Assembly (NCBI GenBank): GCA_964247055.1
Contig: OZ176057.1
Span: forward strand, 1,860,001-1,924,000
Direction: 5' to 3'
From: Paragordius varius
Lineage: Eukaryota > Animalia > Nematomorpha
Length of the DNA: 64,000 nucleotides
Part shown: piece after piece, positions 42,901-54,087 of the stretch
How positions within the stretch are numbered: position 1 is the first letter of the stretch
Layout of the letters: the number at the start of each line of letters is the position of its first letter
The notes under the pieces: generated by a model
What the model saw: only the letters and a program-made list of their open reading frames with translations
The model's database searches: none
What the model was told of the DNA's origin: nothing
Translations under genes and position numbers: made by a program

Positions 42901-44725
42901 TTGGTACAGGTTGATGGTGTTTGGTATTACGGTACTGGCACTCGCTGCATCTATTGTTTAAAAATATATTTATACGTTTAGGAGGTTGCGAGGTTGGTAC
43001 AGGTTTAATGGTACTTGGTATTACGGTATTGGCACTCGCTGCATCTATTGTTTAAAAATATATTTATACGTTTAGGAGGTTGCGAGGTTGGTACAGGTTT
43101 TACGGTACTTGGTATTACGGTACTGGCACTCGCTGCATCTATTCTTTAAAAATATATTTATACGTTTAGGAGGTTGCGAGGTTGGTACAGGTTTAATGGT
43201 ACTTGGTATTACGGTACTGCCACTCGCTGCATCTATTGTTTAAAAATATATTTATACGTTTAGGAGGTTGCGAGGTTGGTACAGGTTTAATGGTACTTGG
43301 TATTACGGTACTGGCACTCGCTGCATCTATTGTTTAAAAATATGTTTATACGTTTAGGAGGTTGCGAGGTTGGTACAGGTTTAATGGTGTTTGGTATTAC
43401 GGTACTGGCACTCGCTGCATCTATTGTTTAAAAATATATTTATACGTTTAGGAGGTTGCGAGGTTGGTAGAGGTTTAATGGTACTTGGTATTACGGTACT
43501 GCCACTCGCTGCATCTATTGTTTAAAAATATATTTATACGTTTAGGAGGTGGCTTGGTTGATCGAGGAATAATGGTACTTGGTATTACGGTACTGGCACT
43601 CGCTGCATCTATTGTTTAAAAATATATTTATACGTTTAGGAGGTTGCGAGGTTGGTACAGGTTTAATTGTACTTGGTATTACGGTACTGCCACTCGCTGC
43701 ATCTATTGTTTAAAAATATATTTATACGTTTAGGAGGTTGCGAGGTTGGCACAGGTTTAATGGTACTTGGTATTACGGTACTGCCACTCGCTGCATCTAT
43801 TGTTTAAAAATATATTTATACGTTTAGGAGGTTGCGAGGTTGGTACAGGTTTAATGGTACTTGGTATTACGGTACTGCCACTCGCTGCATCTATTGTTTA
43901 AAAATATATTTATACGTTTAGGAGGTTGCGAGGTTGGTACAGGTTTAATGGTACTTGGTATTACGGTACTGGCACTCGCTGCATCTATTGTTTAAAAATA
44001 TATTTATACGTTTAGGAAGTTGCGAGGTTGGTACAGGTTTAATGGTACTTGGTATTACGGTACTGCCACTCGCTGCATCTATTGTTTAAAAATATATTTA
44101 TACGTTTAGGAGGTTGCGAGGTTGGTACAGGTTTAATGGTACTTGGTATTACGGTACTGGCACTCGCTGCATCTATTGTTTAAAAATATATTTATACGTT
44201 TAGGAGGTTGCGAGGTTGGTACAGGTTTAATGGTGTTTGGTATTACGGTACTGGCACTCGCTGCATCTATTGTTTAAAAATATATTTATACGTTTAGGAG
44301 GTTGCGAGGTTGGTAGAGGTTTAATGGTACTTGGTATTACGGTACTGCCACTCGCTGCATCTATTGTTTAAAAATATATTTATACGTTTAGGAGGTGGCT
44401 TGGTTGATCGAGGAATAATGGTACTTGGTATTACGGTACTGGCACTCGCTGCATCTATTGTTTAAAAATATATTTATACGTTTAGGAGGTTGCGAGGTTG
44501 GTACAGGTTTAATTGTACTTGGTATTACGGTACTGCCACTCGCTGCATCTATTGTTTAAAAATATATTTATACGTTTCGGAGGTGGCTTGGTTGATCGAG
44601 GAATAATGGTACTTGGTATTACGGTACTGGCACTCGCTGCGTCTATTGTTTAAAAATATATTTTTACGTTTAGGAGGTTGCGAGGTTGGTACAGGTTTTA
44701 CGGTACTTGGTATTACGGTACTGCC
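36961..44725 (+). repeat. Satellite A/B domain 2
   Basis: 94-bp A/B monomers with their own markers (ctattctttaaaa, ggtaacttgg, ggttcggag). Includes a 2,346-bp tandem duplication. Confidence 0.9.
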
Positions 44726-45210
44726 ACTCACTTCATTTATTTATTAAAAATAGATTTACGTTCAGGGGGCTGCGTGGTTGATAGAGTAGTAATGGTATTT
44801 GCTTTTACGGTACTGCCACTCACTACATCTATTGTTTAAAAATATATTTACGTTCGGGGGTTGCGTGGTTGATCGAGGAATTGTGGTATTTGGTTTTACG
44901 GCACTGCCACTCGCTGCATCTATTTTTTAAAAATATATTTACCTTTAGGAGGTTGGGTGGTTAATCGAGGACTAATGATATTTGGTTTTACGGTACGGCC
45001 CCTCACTGCATCTATTGTTTAAAAATTTATTTACCTTTAGGACGTTACGTGGTTGATCGAGAAATTGTGGTATTTGGTTTTACGGTACTGCCACTCGCTG
45101 CACCTATTGTTTAAAAATATATTTACCTTTAGGAGGTTGCGTGGTTGATCGAGGACTAATGATATTTGGTTTTACGGTACGGCCACTCACTGCATCTATT
45201 GTTTAAAAAT
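44726..45210 (+). repeat. C-type island (about 5 monomers) inside A/B sequence
   Basis: Switch at ccactcacttcatttatttattaaaaatagatttacgttcagggggc; A-type resumes at about 45,210. Confidence 0.85.
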
Positions 45211-48200
45211 ATATTTATACGTTTGGGAGGTTGCGAGGTTGGTACAGGTTTAATGGTACTTGGTATTACGGTACTGGCTCTCGCTGCATCTATTGTTTAA
45301 AAATATATTTATACGTTTAGGAGGTGGCTTGGTTGATCGAAGAATAATGGTACTTGGTATTACGGTACTGGCACTCGCTGCATCTATTGTTTAAAAATAT
45401 ATTTATACGTTTAGGAGGTTGCGAGGTTGGTACAGGTTTTACGGTACTTGGTATTACGGTACTGGCACTCGCTGCATCTATTCTTTAAAAATATATTTAT
45501 ACGTTTAGGAGGTTGCGAGGTTGGTACAGGTTTAATGGTACTTGGTATTACGGTACTGCCACTCGCTGCATCTATTTTAAAAATATATTTATACGTTTAG
45601 GTTGCGAGGTTGGTACAGGTTTAATGGTACTTTGTATTACGGTAATGCCACTCGCTGCATCTATTGTTTAAAAATATATTTATACGTTTAGGAGGTTGCG
45701 AGGTTGGTACAGGTTTAATGGTAGTTGGTATTACGGTACTGACACTCGCTGCATCTATTGTTTAAAAATATATTTATACGTTTAGGAGGTTGCGAGGTTG
45801 GTACAAGTTTAATGGTACTTGGTATTACGGTACTGGCACTCGCTGCATCTATTCTTTAAAAATATATTTATACGTTTAGGAGGTGGCTTGGTTGATCGAG
45901 GAATAATGGTACTTGGTATTACGGTACTGCCACTCGCTGCATCTATTGTTTAAAAAAATATTTATACGTTTAGGAGGTTGCGAGGTTGGTACAGGGTTAA
46001 TGGTACTTGGTATTACGGTACTGGCACTCGCTGCATCTATTGTTTAAAAATATATTTATACGTTTAGGAGGTGGCTTGGTTGATCGAGGAATAATGGTAC
46101 TTGGTATTACGGTACTGGCACTCGCTGCATCTATTCTTTAAAAATATATTTATACGTTTAGGAGGTTGCGAGGTTGGTACAGGTTTAATGGTACTTGGTA
46201 TTACGGTACTGCCACTCGCTGCATCTATTGTTTAAAAATATATTTATACGTTTAGGAGGTTGCGAGGTTGGTACAGGTTTAATGGTACTTTGTATTACGG
46301 TAATGCCACTCGCTGCATCTATTGTTTAAAAATATATTTATACGTTTAGGAGGTTGCGAGGTTGGTACAGGTTTAATGGTAGTTGGTATTACGGTACTGA
46401 CACTCGCTGCATCTATTGTTTAAAAATATATTTATACGTTTAGGAGGTTGCGAGGTTGGTAGAGGTTTAATGGTACTTGGTATTACGGTACTGGCACTCG
46501 CTGCATCTATTCTTTAAAAATATATTTATACGTTTAGGAGGTGGCTTGGTTGATCGAGGAATAATGATACTTGGTATTACGGTACTGCCACTCGCTGCAT
46601 CTATTGTTTAAAAAGATATTTATACGTTTAGGAGGTTGCGAGGTTGGTACAGGTTTAATGGTACTTGGTATTACGGTACTGGCACTCGCTGCATCTATTG
46701 TTTAAAAATATATTTATACGTTTAGGAGGTGGCTTGGTTGATCGAGGAATAATGGTACTTCGTATTACGGTACTGGCACTCGCTGCGTCTATTGTTTAAA
46801 AATATATTTATACGTTTAGGAGGTGGCTTGGTTGATCGAGGAATAATGGTACTTGGTATTACAATACTGGCACTCGCTGCGTCTATTGTTTAAAAATATA
46901 TTTATACGTTTAGGAGGTTGCGAGGTTGGTACAGGTTTTACGGTACTTGGTATTACGGTATTGGCACTCGCTGCATCTATTCTTTAAAAATATATTTATA
47001 CGTTTAGGAGGTTGCGAGGTTGGTACAGGTTTAATGGTACTTGGTATTACGGTACTGCCACTCGCTGCATCTATTGTTTAAAAATATATTTATACGTTTA
47101 GGAGGTTGCGAGGTTGGTACAGGTTTAATGGTACTTTGTATTACGGTAATGCCACTCGCTGCATCTATTGTTTAAAAATATATTTATACGTTTAGGAGGT
47201 TGCGAGGTTGGTACAGGTTTAATGGTAGTTGGTATTACGGTACTGACACTCGCTGCATCTATTGTTTAAAAATATATTTATACGTTTAGGAGGTTGCGAG
47301 GTTGGTACAGGTTTAATGGTACTTGGTATTACGGTACTGCCACTCGCTGCATCTATTGTTTAAAAATATATTTATACGTTTAGGAGGTTGCGAGGTTGGT
47401 ACAGGTTTAATGGTACTTAGTTACGGTACTGGCACTCGCTGCATCTATTGTTTAAAAATATATTTATACGTTTAGGAGGTTGCGAGGTTGGTACAGGTTT
47501 AATGGTGTTTGGTATTACGGTACTGGCACTCGCTGCATCTATTGTTTAAAAATATATTTATACGTTTAGGAGGTTGCGAGGTTGGTAGAGGTTTAATGGT
47601 ACTTGGTATTACGGTACTGCCACTCGCTGCATCTATTGTTTAAAAATATATTTATACGTTTAGGAGGTGGCTTGGTTGATCGAGGAATAATGGTACTTGG
47701 TATTACGCTACTGCCACTCGGTGCATCTATTGTTTAAAAATATATTTATACGTTTAGGAGGTTGCGAGGTTGGTACAGGTTTAATGGTACTTGGTATTAC
47801 GGTACTGGCACTCGCTGCATCTATTGTTTAAAAATATATTTATACGTTTAGGAGGTTGCGAGGTTGGTACAGGTTTAATGGTGTTTGGTATTACGGTACT
47901 GGCACTCGCTGCATCTATTGTTTAAAAATATATTTATACGTTTAGGAGGTTGCGAGGTTGGTACAGGTTTAATGGTACTTGGTATTACGGTATTGCCACT
48001 CGCTGCATCTATTGTTTAAAAATATATTTATACGTTTAGGACGTGGCTTGGTTGATCGAGGAATAATGGTACTTGGTATTACGGTACTGGCACTCGCTGC
48101 ATCTATTGTTTAAAAATATATTTATACGTTTAGGAGGTTGCGAGGTTGGTACAGGTTCAAATTGTACTTGGTATTACGGTACTGCCACTCGCTGCATCTA

Positions 48201-49695
48201 TTGTTTAAAAATATATTTATACGTTTCGGAGGTGGCTTGGTTGATCGAGGAATAATGGTACTTGGTATTACGGTACTGGCACTCGCTGCGTCTATTGTTT
48301 AAAAATATATTTTTACGTTTAGGAGGTTGCGAGGTTGGTACAGGTTTAATGGTACTTTGTATTACGGTAATGCCACTCGCTGCATCTATTGTTTAAAAAT
48401 ATATTTATACGTTTAGGAGGTTGCGAGGTTGGTACAGGTTTAATGGTAGTTGGTATTACGGTACTGGCACTCGCTGCATCTATTGTTTAAAAATATATTT
48501 ATACGTTTAGGAGGTTGCGAGGTTGGTACAGGTTTAATGGTACTTGGTATTACGGTACTGCCACTCGCTGCATCTATTGTTTAAAAATATATTTATACGT
48601 TTAGGAGGTTGCGAGGTTGGTACAGGTTTAATGGTACTTGGTATTACGGTACTGGCACTCGCTGCATCTATTGTTTAAAAATATATTTATACGTTTAGGA
48701 GGTTGCGAGGTTGGTACAGGTTTAATGGTGTTTGGTATTACGGTACTGGCACTCGCTGCATCTATTGTTTAAAAATATATTTATACGTTTTGGAGGTTGC
48801 GAGGTTGGTAGAGGTTTAATGGTACTTGGTATTACGGTACTGCCACTCGCTGCATCTATTGTTTAAAAATATATTTATACGTTTAGGAGGTGGCTTGGTT
48901 GATCGAGGAATAATGGTACTTGGTATTACGCTACTGCCACTCGGTGCATCTATTGTTTAAAAATATATTTATACGTTTAGGAGGTTGCGAGGTTGGTACA
49001 GGTTTAATGGTACTTGGTATTACGGTACTGGCACTCGCTGCATCTATTGTTTAAAAATATATTTATACGTTTAGGAGGTTGCGAGGTTGGTACAGGTTTA
49101 ATGGTGTTTGGTATTACGGTACTGGCACTCGCTGCATCTATTGTTTAAAAATATTTTTATACGTTTAGGAGGTTGCGAGGTTGGTACAGGTTTAATGGTA
49201 CTTGGTATTACGGTATTGCCACTCGCTGCATCTATTGTTTAAAAATATATTTATACGTTTAGGACGTGGCTTGGTTGATCGAGGAATAATGGTACTTGGT
49301 ATTACGGTACTGGCACTCGCTGCATCTATTGTTTAAAAATATATTTATACGTTTAGGAGGTTGCGAGGTTGGTACAGGTTTAATTGTACTTGGTATTACG
49401 GTACTGCCACTCGCTGCATCTATTGTTTAAAAATATATTTATACGTTTCGGAGGTGGCTTGGTTGATCGAGGAATAATGGTACTTGGTATTACGGTACTG
49501 GCACTCGCTGCGTCTATTGTTTAAAAATATATTTTTACGTTTAGGAGGTTGCGAGGTTGGTACAGGTTTTACGGTACTTGGTATTACGGTACTGCCACTC
49601 GCTGCATCTATTGTTTAAAAATATATTTATACGTTTAGGAGGTTGCGAGGTTTGTACAAGTTTAATAGTACTTGGTATTACGGTACTGCCACTCA
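45211..49695 (+). repeat. Satellite A/B domain 3
   Basis: 94-bp A/B monomers. Marker tattacgctactgccactcggtgc at 47,701 and 48,924 (1,223 bp, 13 monomers). Confidence 0.9.
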
Positions 49696-50262
49696 CTGCA
49701 TCTATTGTTTAAAAATTTATTTACGTTTAGGAGGCTGCGTGGCTGATAGAGGAGTAATGGTATTTGGTTTTACGGTACTGCCACTCGCTGCATCTATTGT
49801 TTAAAAATTTATTTACGTTTAGGAGGCTGCGTGCTTGATTGAGGACTAATGATATTTGGTTTTACGGTAATGCCACTCACTGCATCTAATTATTAAAAAT
49901 ATATATATAGGTTCAGGGGGCTGCGTGGTTGATAGAGGAGTAATGGTATTTGGTTTTACGGTACTGCCAGACGCTGAATCTATTGTTTAAAAAAATATTT
50001 ATGTTCAGGGGGCAGCGTGGTTGATAGCGGAGTAATAATAATTGGTTTTACGGTACGGCCACTCACTGCATCTATTGTTAAAATATATTTACGTTCAGTG
50101 GTCAGCGTGGTTGATTATGGAGTAATGGTATTTGTTTTTACGGTACTGCCACTCACTGCATCTATTGTTTAAAAATATATTTACCTTTAGGAGGTTGCGT
50201 ATTTGATCGAGGAATTGTGGTATTTGGTTTTGCGGTACTGCCACTCGCTGCATCTATTGTTC

Positions 50263-50370
50263 ATAAATTTTTAAACAATAGATGCAGCGAGTGGCAGTAC
50301 CGCAAAACCAAATTGTGTTATTTGGTTTTGCGGTACTGCCACTCGCTGCATCTATTGTTTAAAAATTTAT
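50263..50370. repeat. Perfect 51-bp inverted repeat with 6-nt loop (micro-inversion within satellite)
   Basis: 50,263-50,313 (ataaatttttaaacaatagatgcagcgagtggcagtaccgcaaaaccaaat) is the exact reverse complement of 50,320-50,370. The loop is tgtgtt. Confidence 0.95.
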
Positions 50371-52337
50371 TTACGTTTAGGAGGCTGCGTGGTTGATAGA
50401 GGAGTAATGGTATTTGGTTTTACGTTACTGCCACTCGCTGCATCTATTGTTTAAAAATTTATTTACGTTTAAGGGGCTGCGTGTTTGATAGAGGACAAAT
50501 ATATTTGGTTTTACGGTACTGCCACTCACTGCATCTAATTATTAAAAATATATATAGGTTCAGGGGGCTGAGTGATTGATAGAGGAGTAATGGTAATTGG
50601 TACGACATCGCCACTCACTTCATCTTATTAAAAGTTAATTTACCTTCAGGGGTCTGCGTGGTTGATAGAGGAGTAATGGTAATTGGTTTTACGGCACCGC
50701 CACTCACTTCATTTATTTATTAAAAATATATTTACGTTCAGGGGGTTACGTGGTCGATAGAGTAGTGATGGTATTTGGTTTTACGGTACTGCCACTCACT
50801 ACATCTATTGTTTAAAAATATATTTACGTTCAGGGGGCTTGGTTGATAGGGGAGTTATGGTATTTGGTTTTACGGTACTGCCACTCACTACATTTATTGT
50901 TTAAAAATATATATACGTTCAGGGAGCTACGTGGTTGATAGAGGAGTAATGGTATTTGGTTTTACGGTCTGCCAGACGCTGCATCTATTGTTTAAAAAAT
51001 ATTTAGGTTCAGGGGGCAGCGTGGTTGATAGCGGAGTAATGGTATTTGGTTTTACGGTACGGCCACTCACTGCATCTATTGTTTAAAAATTTATTTACCT
51101 TTAGGACGTTACGTGGTTGATCGAGGAATTGTGGTATTTGGCTTTACGGTACTGCCACTCACTGCACCTTTTGTTTAAAAATATATATTCCTTTAGGAGG
51201 TTGCGTGGATGATCGAGGACTAATGATATTTGGTTTTACGGTACGGCCACTCACTGCATCTATTGTTTAAAAATATTTTATGTTCAGAAGGCAGCGTGGT
51301 TGATAGAGGAGTAATGGTAATTGGTTTTACGGCACCGCCACTCACTTCATTTATTTATTAAAAATAGATTTACGTTCAGGGGGCTGCGTGGTTGATAGAG
51401 TAGTAATGGTATTTGGTTTTACGGTACTGCCACTCACTACATCTATTGTTTAAAATATATTTACGTTCAGGGGCTTCGTGGTTGATCGAGGAATTGTGGT
51501 ATTTGGTTTTACGGTACTGCGCTGCATCTATTTTTTAAAAATATATTTACCTTTAGGAGGTTGCGTGGTTAATCGAGGACTAATGATATTTGGTTTTACG
51601 GTACGGCCACTCACTGCATCTATTGTTTAAAAATTTATTTACCTTTAGGACGTTACGTGGTTGATCGAGGAATTGTGGTATTTGGCTTTACGGTACTGCC
51701 ACTCACTGCACCTTTTGTTTAAAAATATATATTCCTTTAGGAGGTTGCGTGGATGATCGAGGACTAATGATATTTGGTTTTACGGTACGGCCACTCACTG
51801 CATCTATTGTTTAAAAATATTTTATGTTCAGAAGGCAGCGTGGCTTATAGAGGAGTAATGGTAATTGGTTTTACGGCACCGCCACTCACTTCATTTATTT
51901 ATTAAAAATAGATTTACGTTGAGGGGGCGGCGTGGTTGATAGAGTAGTAATGGTATTTGGTTTTACGGTACTGCCACTCACTACATCTATTGTTTTAAAA
52001 TATTATTACGTTCAGGGGGCTGCGCGGTTGATAGAGTAGTAATGGTATTTGGTTTTACGGTACTGCCACTCACTACATCTATTGTTTAAAAATATATTTA
52101 CGTTCAGGGCTGCGTGGTTGATAGAGGAGTTATGGTATTTGGTTTTACGGTACTGCCACTCACTATCTATTGTTTAAAAATTTATTTACCTGTAGGAGGT
52201 TGCGTGGTTGATCGAGGAGTTGTGGTATTTTGTTTCACGGTACTGCCAATCGCTGCATCTATTGTTTAAAAATTTATTTACCTTTAGGAGGTTGCGTGGT
52301 TGATCGAGGAATTGTGGTATTTGGTTTTACGGTACTT

Positions 52338-52350
52338 CCACTCGCTGCAT
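52338..52350 (+). other. Left target-site duplication (ccactcgctgcat, 13 bp)
   Basis: Left flank ends ...ggtactt-ccactcgctgcat immediately before the tail; the same 13-mer begins the right flank. Confidence 0.85.
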
Positions 52351-52364
52351 TATTATTATTATTA
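52351..52364 (-). repeat. (TAA)n 3' tail of the RTE element
   Basis: Plus strand tattattattatta lies two bases beyond the TAA stop at 52,367-52,369. Confidence 0.85.
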
Positions 52365-52366
52365 CA

Positions 52367-54043
52367 TTACATGTTTTCACTCGTGAGAGCGGTTATGTTA
52401 TACAACCTGTCTCGCCATAAAACTCTATCTATGGCGTCCTCTGCATTAAGTTCGTATTCTGCTAGCTCTCTTTTTACTGTATCTATCCATTTTGTTATAG
52501 GTCGCCCACGTCCTCGTTTTCCCTCAACTATATAACCATCTATTATTTTTGCAATATAATTAGAATCTCTCCTTTCAATGTGCCCGAACCAACGTAGCCT
52601 ATTTTTTGACATTCTTTCCACTATTGGTTTAATATCTGTGCTCCCACGAATAAATCTATTCTCGATTCCGTCCTTTCTAGTTACCCCACACATCATTCTG
52701 AGCATTTTCATTTCAGTCACGTTAAATTGTCTTTCTTCGGATTTTTTGACACCCCATGTCTGTGAATTATACATCATTGAGGGCTGGACAACTGAACTGT
52801 AAATCTTACCTTTCACTCTAACATCAATATTTCGATCGTATAATACGCTCGAAATTTTCTTCCAATTTACCGAGTTGCTCTTTATTCTTAAATTAATATC
52901 GTCAGTTAACGAACCATCTGCACTTAACATAGCTCCCAGATATTTGCAACTTTCTTTACCCTTCAGAACCCAACTATCATCAACTACCATTTCATGTTGT
53001 GGACCCCCAAAAGTAATAAGTTCGGTTTTTGCTTTGTTTACTTTCAGACCATATTGATCCAGCATAACAACCCATCTGTTTACCGTTCGCCTTAACTCAA
53101 TTAATGAATCAGACAAGATGATTATGTCATCTGCATACATTAAGTACCATCCTGAACTCACATTAACAACCTTGGCTACCTCGTCCATACAAATTATAAA
53201 CAATAAGGGGCTGAGTGATGAGCCTTGGTAGACTCCATGCTTTATTGAAAAGGGCTCTGATAAACCTTGTGGAGGTTTAATCCTGGAGGTGTGTGATTCG
53301 TACATTATTTGTAACAACTTAATATAACTTTCTGGCACTTTTTTACGACTGAGACTCCACCAAATAGTTTCTCTAGGAATCATGTCAGACGCCTTCTCTA
53401 TATCAATCAAAACCCCGTGTAATTCTTTCTTTTTTTCAATTTGTTTTTCAATCAACCTCCTAATCGCATGTATAGGATCTACTGTTGACTTTCCTGGCAT
53501 AAAACCAAATTGATTTCCTTCTATAGATATCATTTTCCTGATTCGCTTTTCAATTATTTTTTCAAACAATTTCATAGTGTGCGACATATGTTTTATCCCT
53601 CTATAGTTACTACATTCATTTATATCACCTTTTCCTTTAAATAAAGGCACAGTTAAACTTTCCTTCCATTCAACCGGGATTTTATACGTTGAAACAACTT
53701 TATTAAATACACGCTCCAAAAAATTTAATCCAGAATTTTCAAGCACTTTCCAACAATTTATATTTATGTCGTCCGATCCTACAGCTTTGTTGTTTGGCAT
53801 TTCTAACAAATTAGATTCTACTTCCTTTTGTATAATTGCTTCTATTTGTCTATCAGTAGCTTCAACTGTATTTGGCAAAAATATCTCGCCTACCCCTTCA
53901 TCTAAACTCACAAAGTACTCTTTCCATCTTTTTAATATTTCTACATTTTCGCACAGCAAGCTTCCATCTTTTCCTTTTATTGCAGTCGCATAACCTGGCA
54001 AATCCATCCTGCGTTTAATCCTTTGCTGCGCAACTTTATACAC
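52367..54043 (-). CDS. Reverse transcriptase portion of RTE element ORF (558 aa open frame)
   Basis: Motifs NYRGIKxMSH, QFGFMPGKST, DIEKAxD, QGSSLSPLLF, MYADDI, KYLG and C-terminal RLRWFGHIER...GKRGRGRP. There is no zinc knuckle, as is typical for RTE. The GTG start in the ORF track is only the first start after an upstream frameshift. Confidence 0.93.
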   Translation of the reverse strand: MYKVAQQRIKRRMDLPGYATAIKGKDGSLLCENVEILKRWKEYFVSLDEGVGEIFLPNTVEATDRQIEAIIQKEVESNLLEMPNNKAVGSDDININCWKVLENSGLNFLERVFNKVVSTYKIPVEWKESLTVPLFKGKGDINECSNYRGIKHMSHTMKLFEKIIEKRIRKMISIEGNQFGFMPGKSTVDPIHAIRRLIEKQIEKKKELHGVLIDIEKASDMIPRETIWWSLSRKKVPESYIKLLQIMYESHTSRIKPPQGLSEPFSIKHGVYQGSSLSPLLFIICMDEVAKVVNVSSGWYLMYADDIIILSDSLIELRRTVNRWVVMLDQYGLKVNKAKTELITFGGPQHEMVVDDSWVLKGKESCKYLGAMLSADGSLTDDINLRIKSNSVNWKKISSVLYDRNIDVRVKGKIYSSVVQPSMMYNSQTWGVKKSEERQFNVTEMKMLRMMCGVTRKDGIENRFIRGSTDIKPIVERMSKNRLRWFGHIERRDSNYIAKIIDGYIVEGKRGRGRPITKWIDTVKRELAEYELNAEDAIDRVLWRDRLYNITALTSENM

Positions 54044-54087
54044 TTTGTTTAAACCTTGCTTACTATTTAACTCATCATAAAATAAAT

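Larger units (their letters stand above)
1..52350 (+). repeat. Tandem satellite DNA array, main block (94-bp A/B monomers and about 92-bp C monomers, roughly 560 copies); continues beyond left window edge
   Basis: Monomer A = ggaggttgcgaggttggtacaggtttaatggtacttggtattacggtactggcactcgctgcatctattgtttaaaaatatatttatacgttta (94 nt; 24 G, 12 C, 38% GC). Units start at 1 and 95. The unit at 7,236 is 77x94 minus a 3-nt deletion near 887, so phase is kept over kilobases. All copies are head-to-tail on + except one 51-bp inverted piece at 50,263-50,313. Confidence 0.99.
49696..52350 (+). repeat. Satellite C-type domain adjacent to the RTE insertion
   Basis: Same C-monomer series as 28-37 kb (for example ggctgagtgattgatagagg near 32.67, 34.68 and 50.57 kb). 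Confidence 0.9.

Noticed and set aside
1-52350. CRISPR-like layout (constant repeat plus ~21-30-nt variable segment)
   Set aside because: The variable segments are a few recurring, mutually alignable states, not unique spacers. There are no cas genes, and the context is eukaryotic retroelements.
19302-52535. Short ORFs in the satellite (MVLRYCHSL... family, 60-101 aa), also 55,823-56,383
   Set aside because: They are read-throughs of 92-94-bp monomers cycling through frames. They end at the recurring ttag/ttaa and appear only where a variant removes a stop. No domain similarity is recognisable.
52230-53993. Plus-strand ORFs at 52,230, 52,578, 52,875 and 53,766
   Set aside because: Antisense shadows of the RT reading frame, with no independent protein features.
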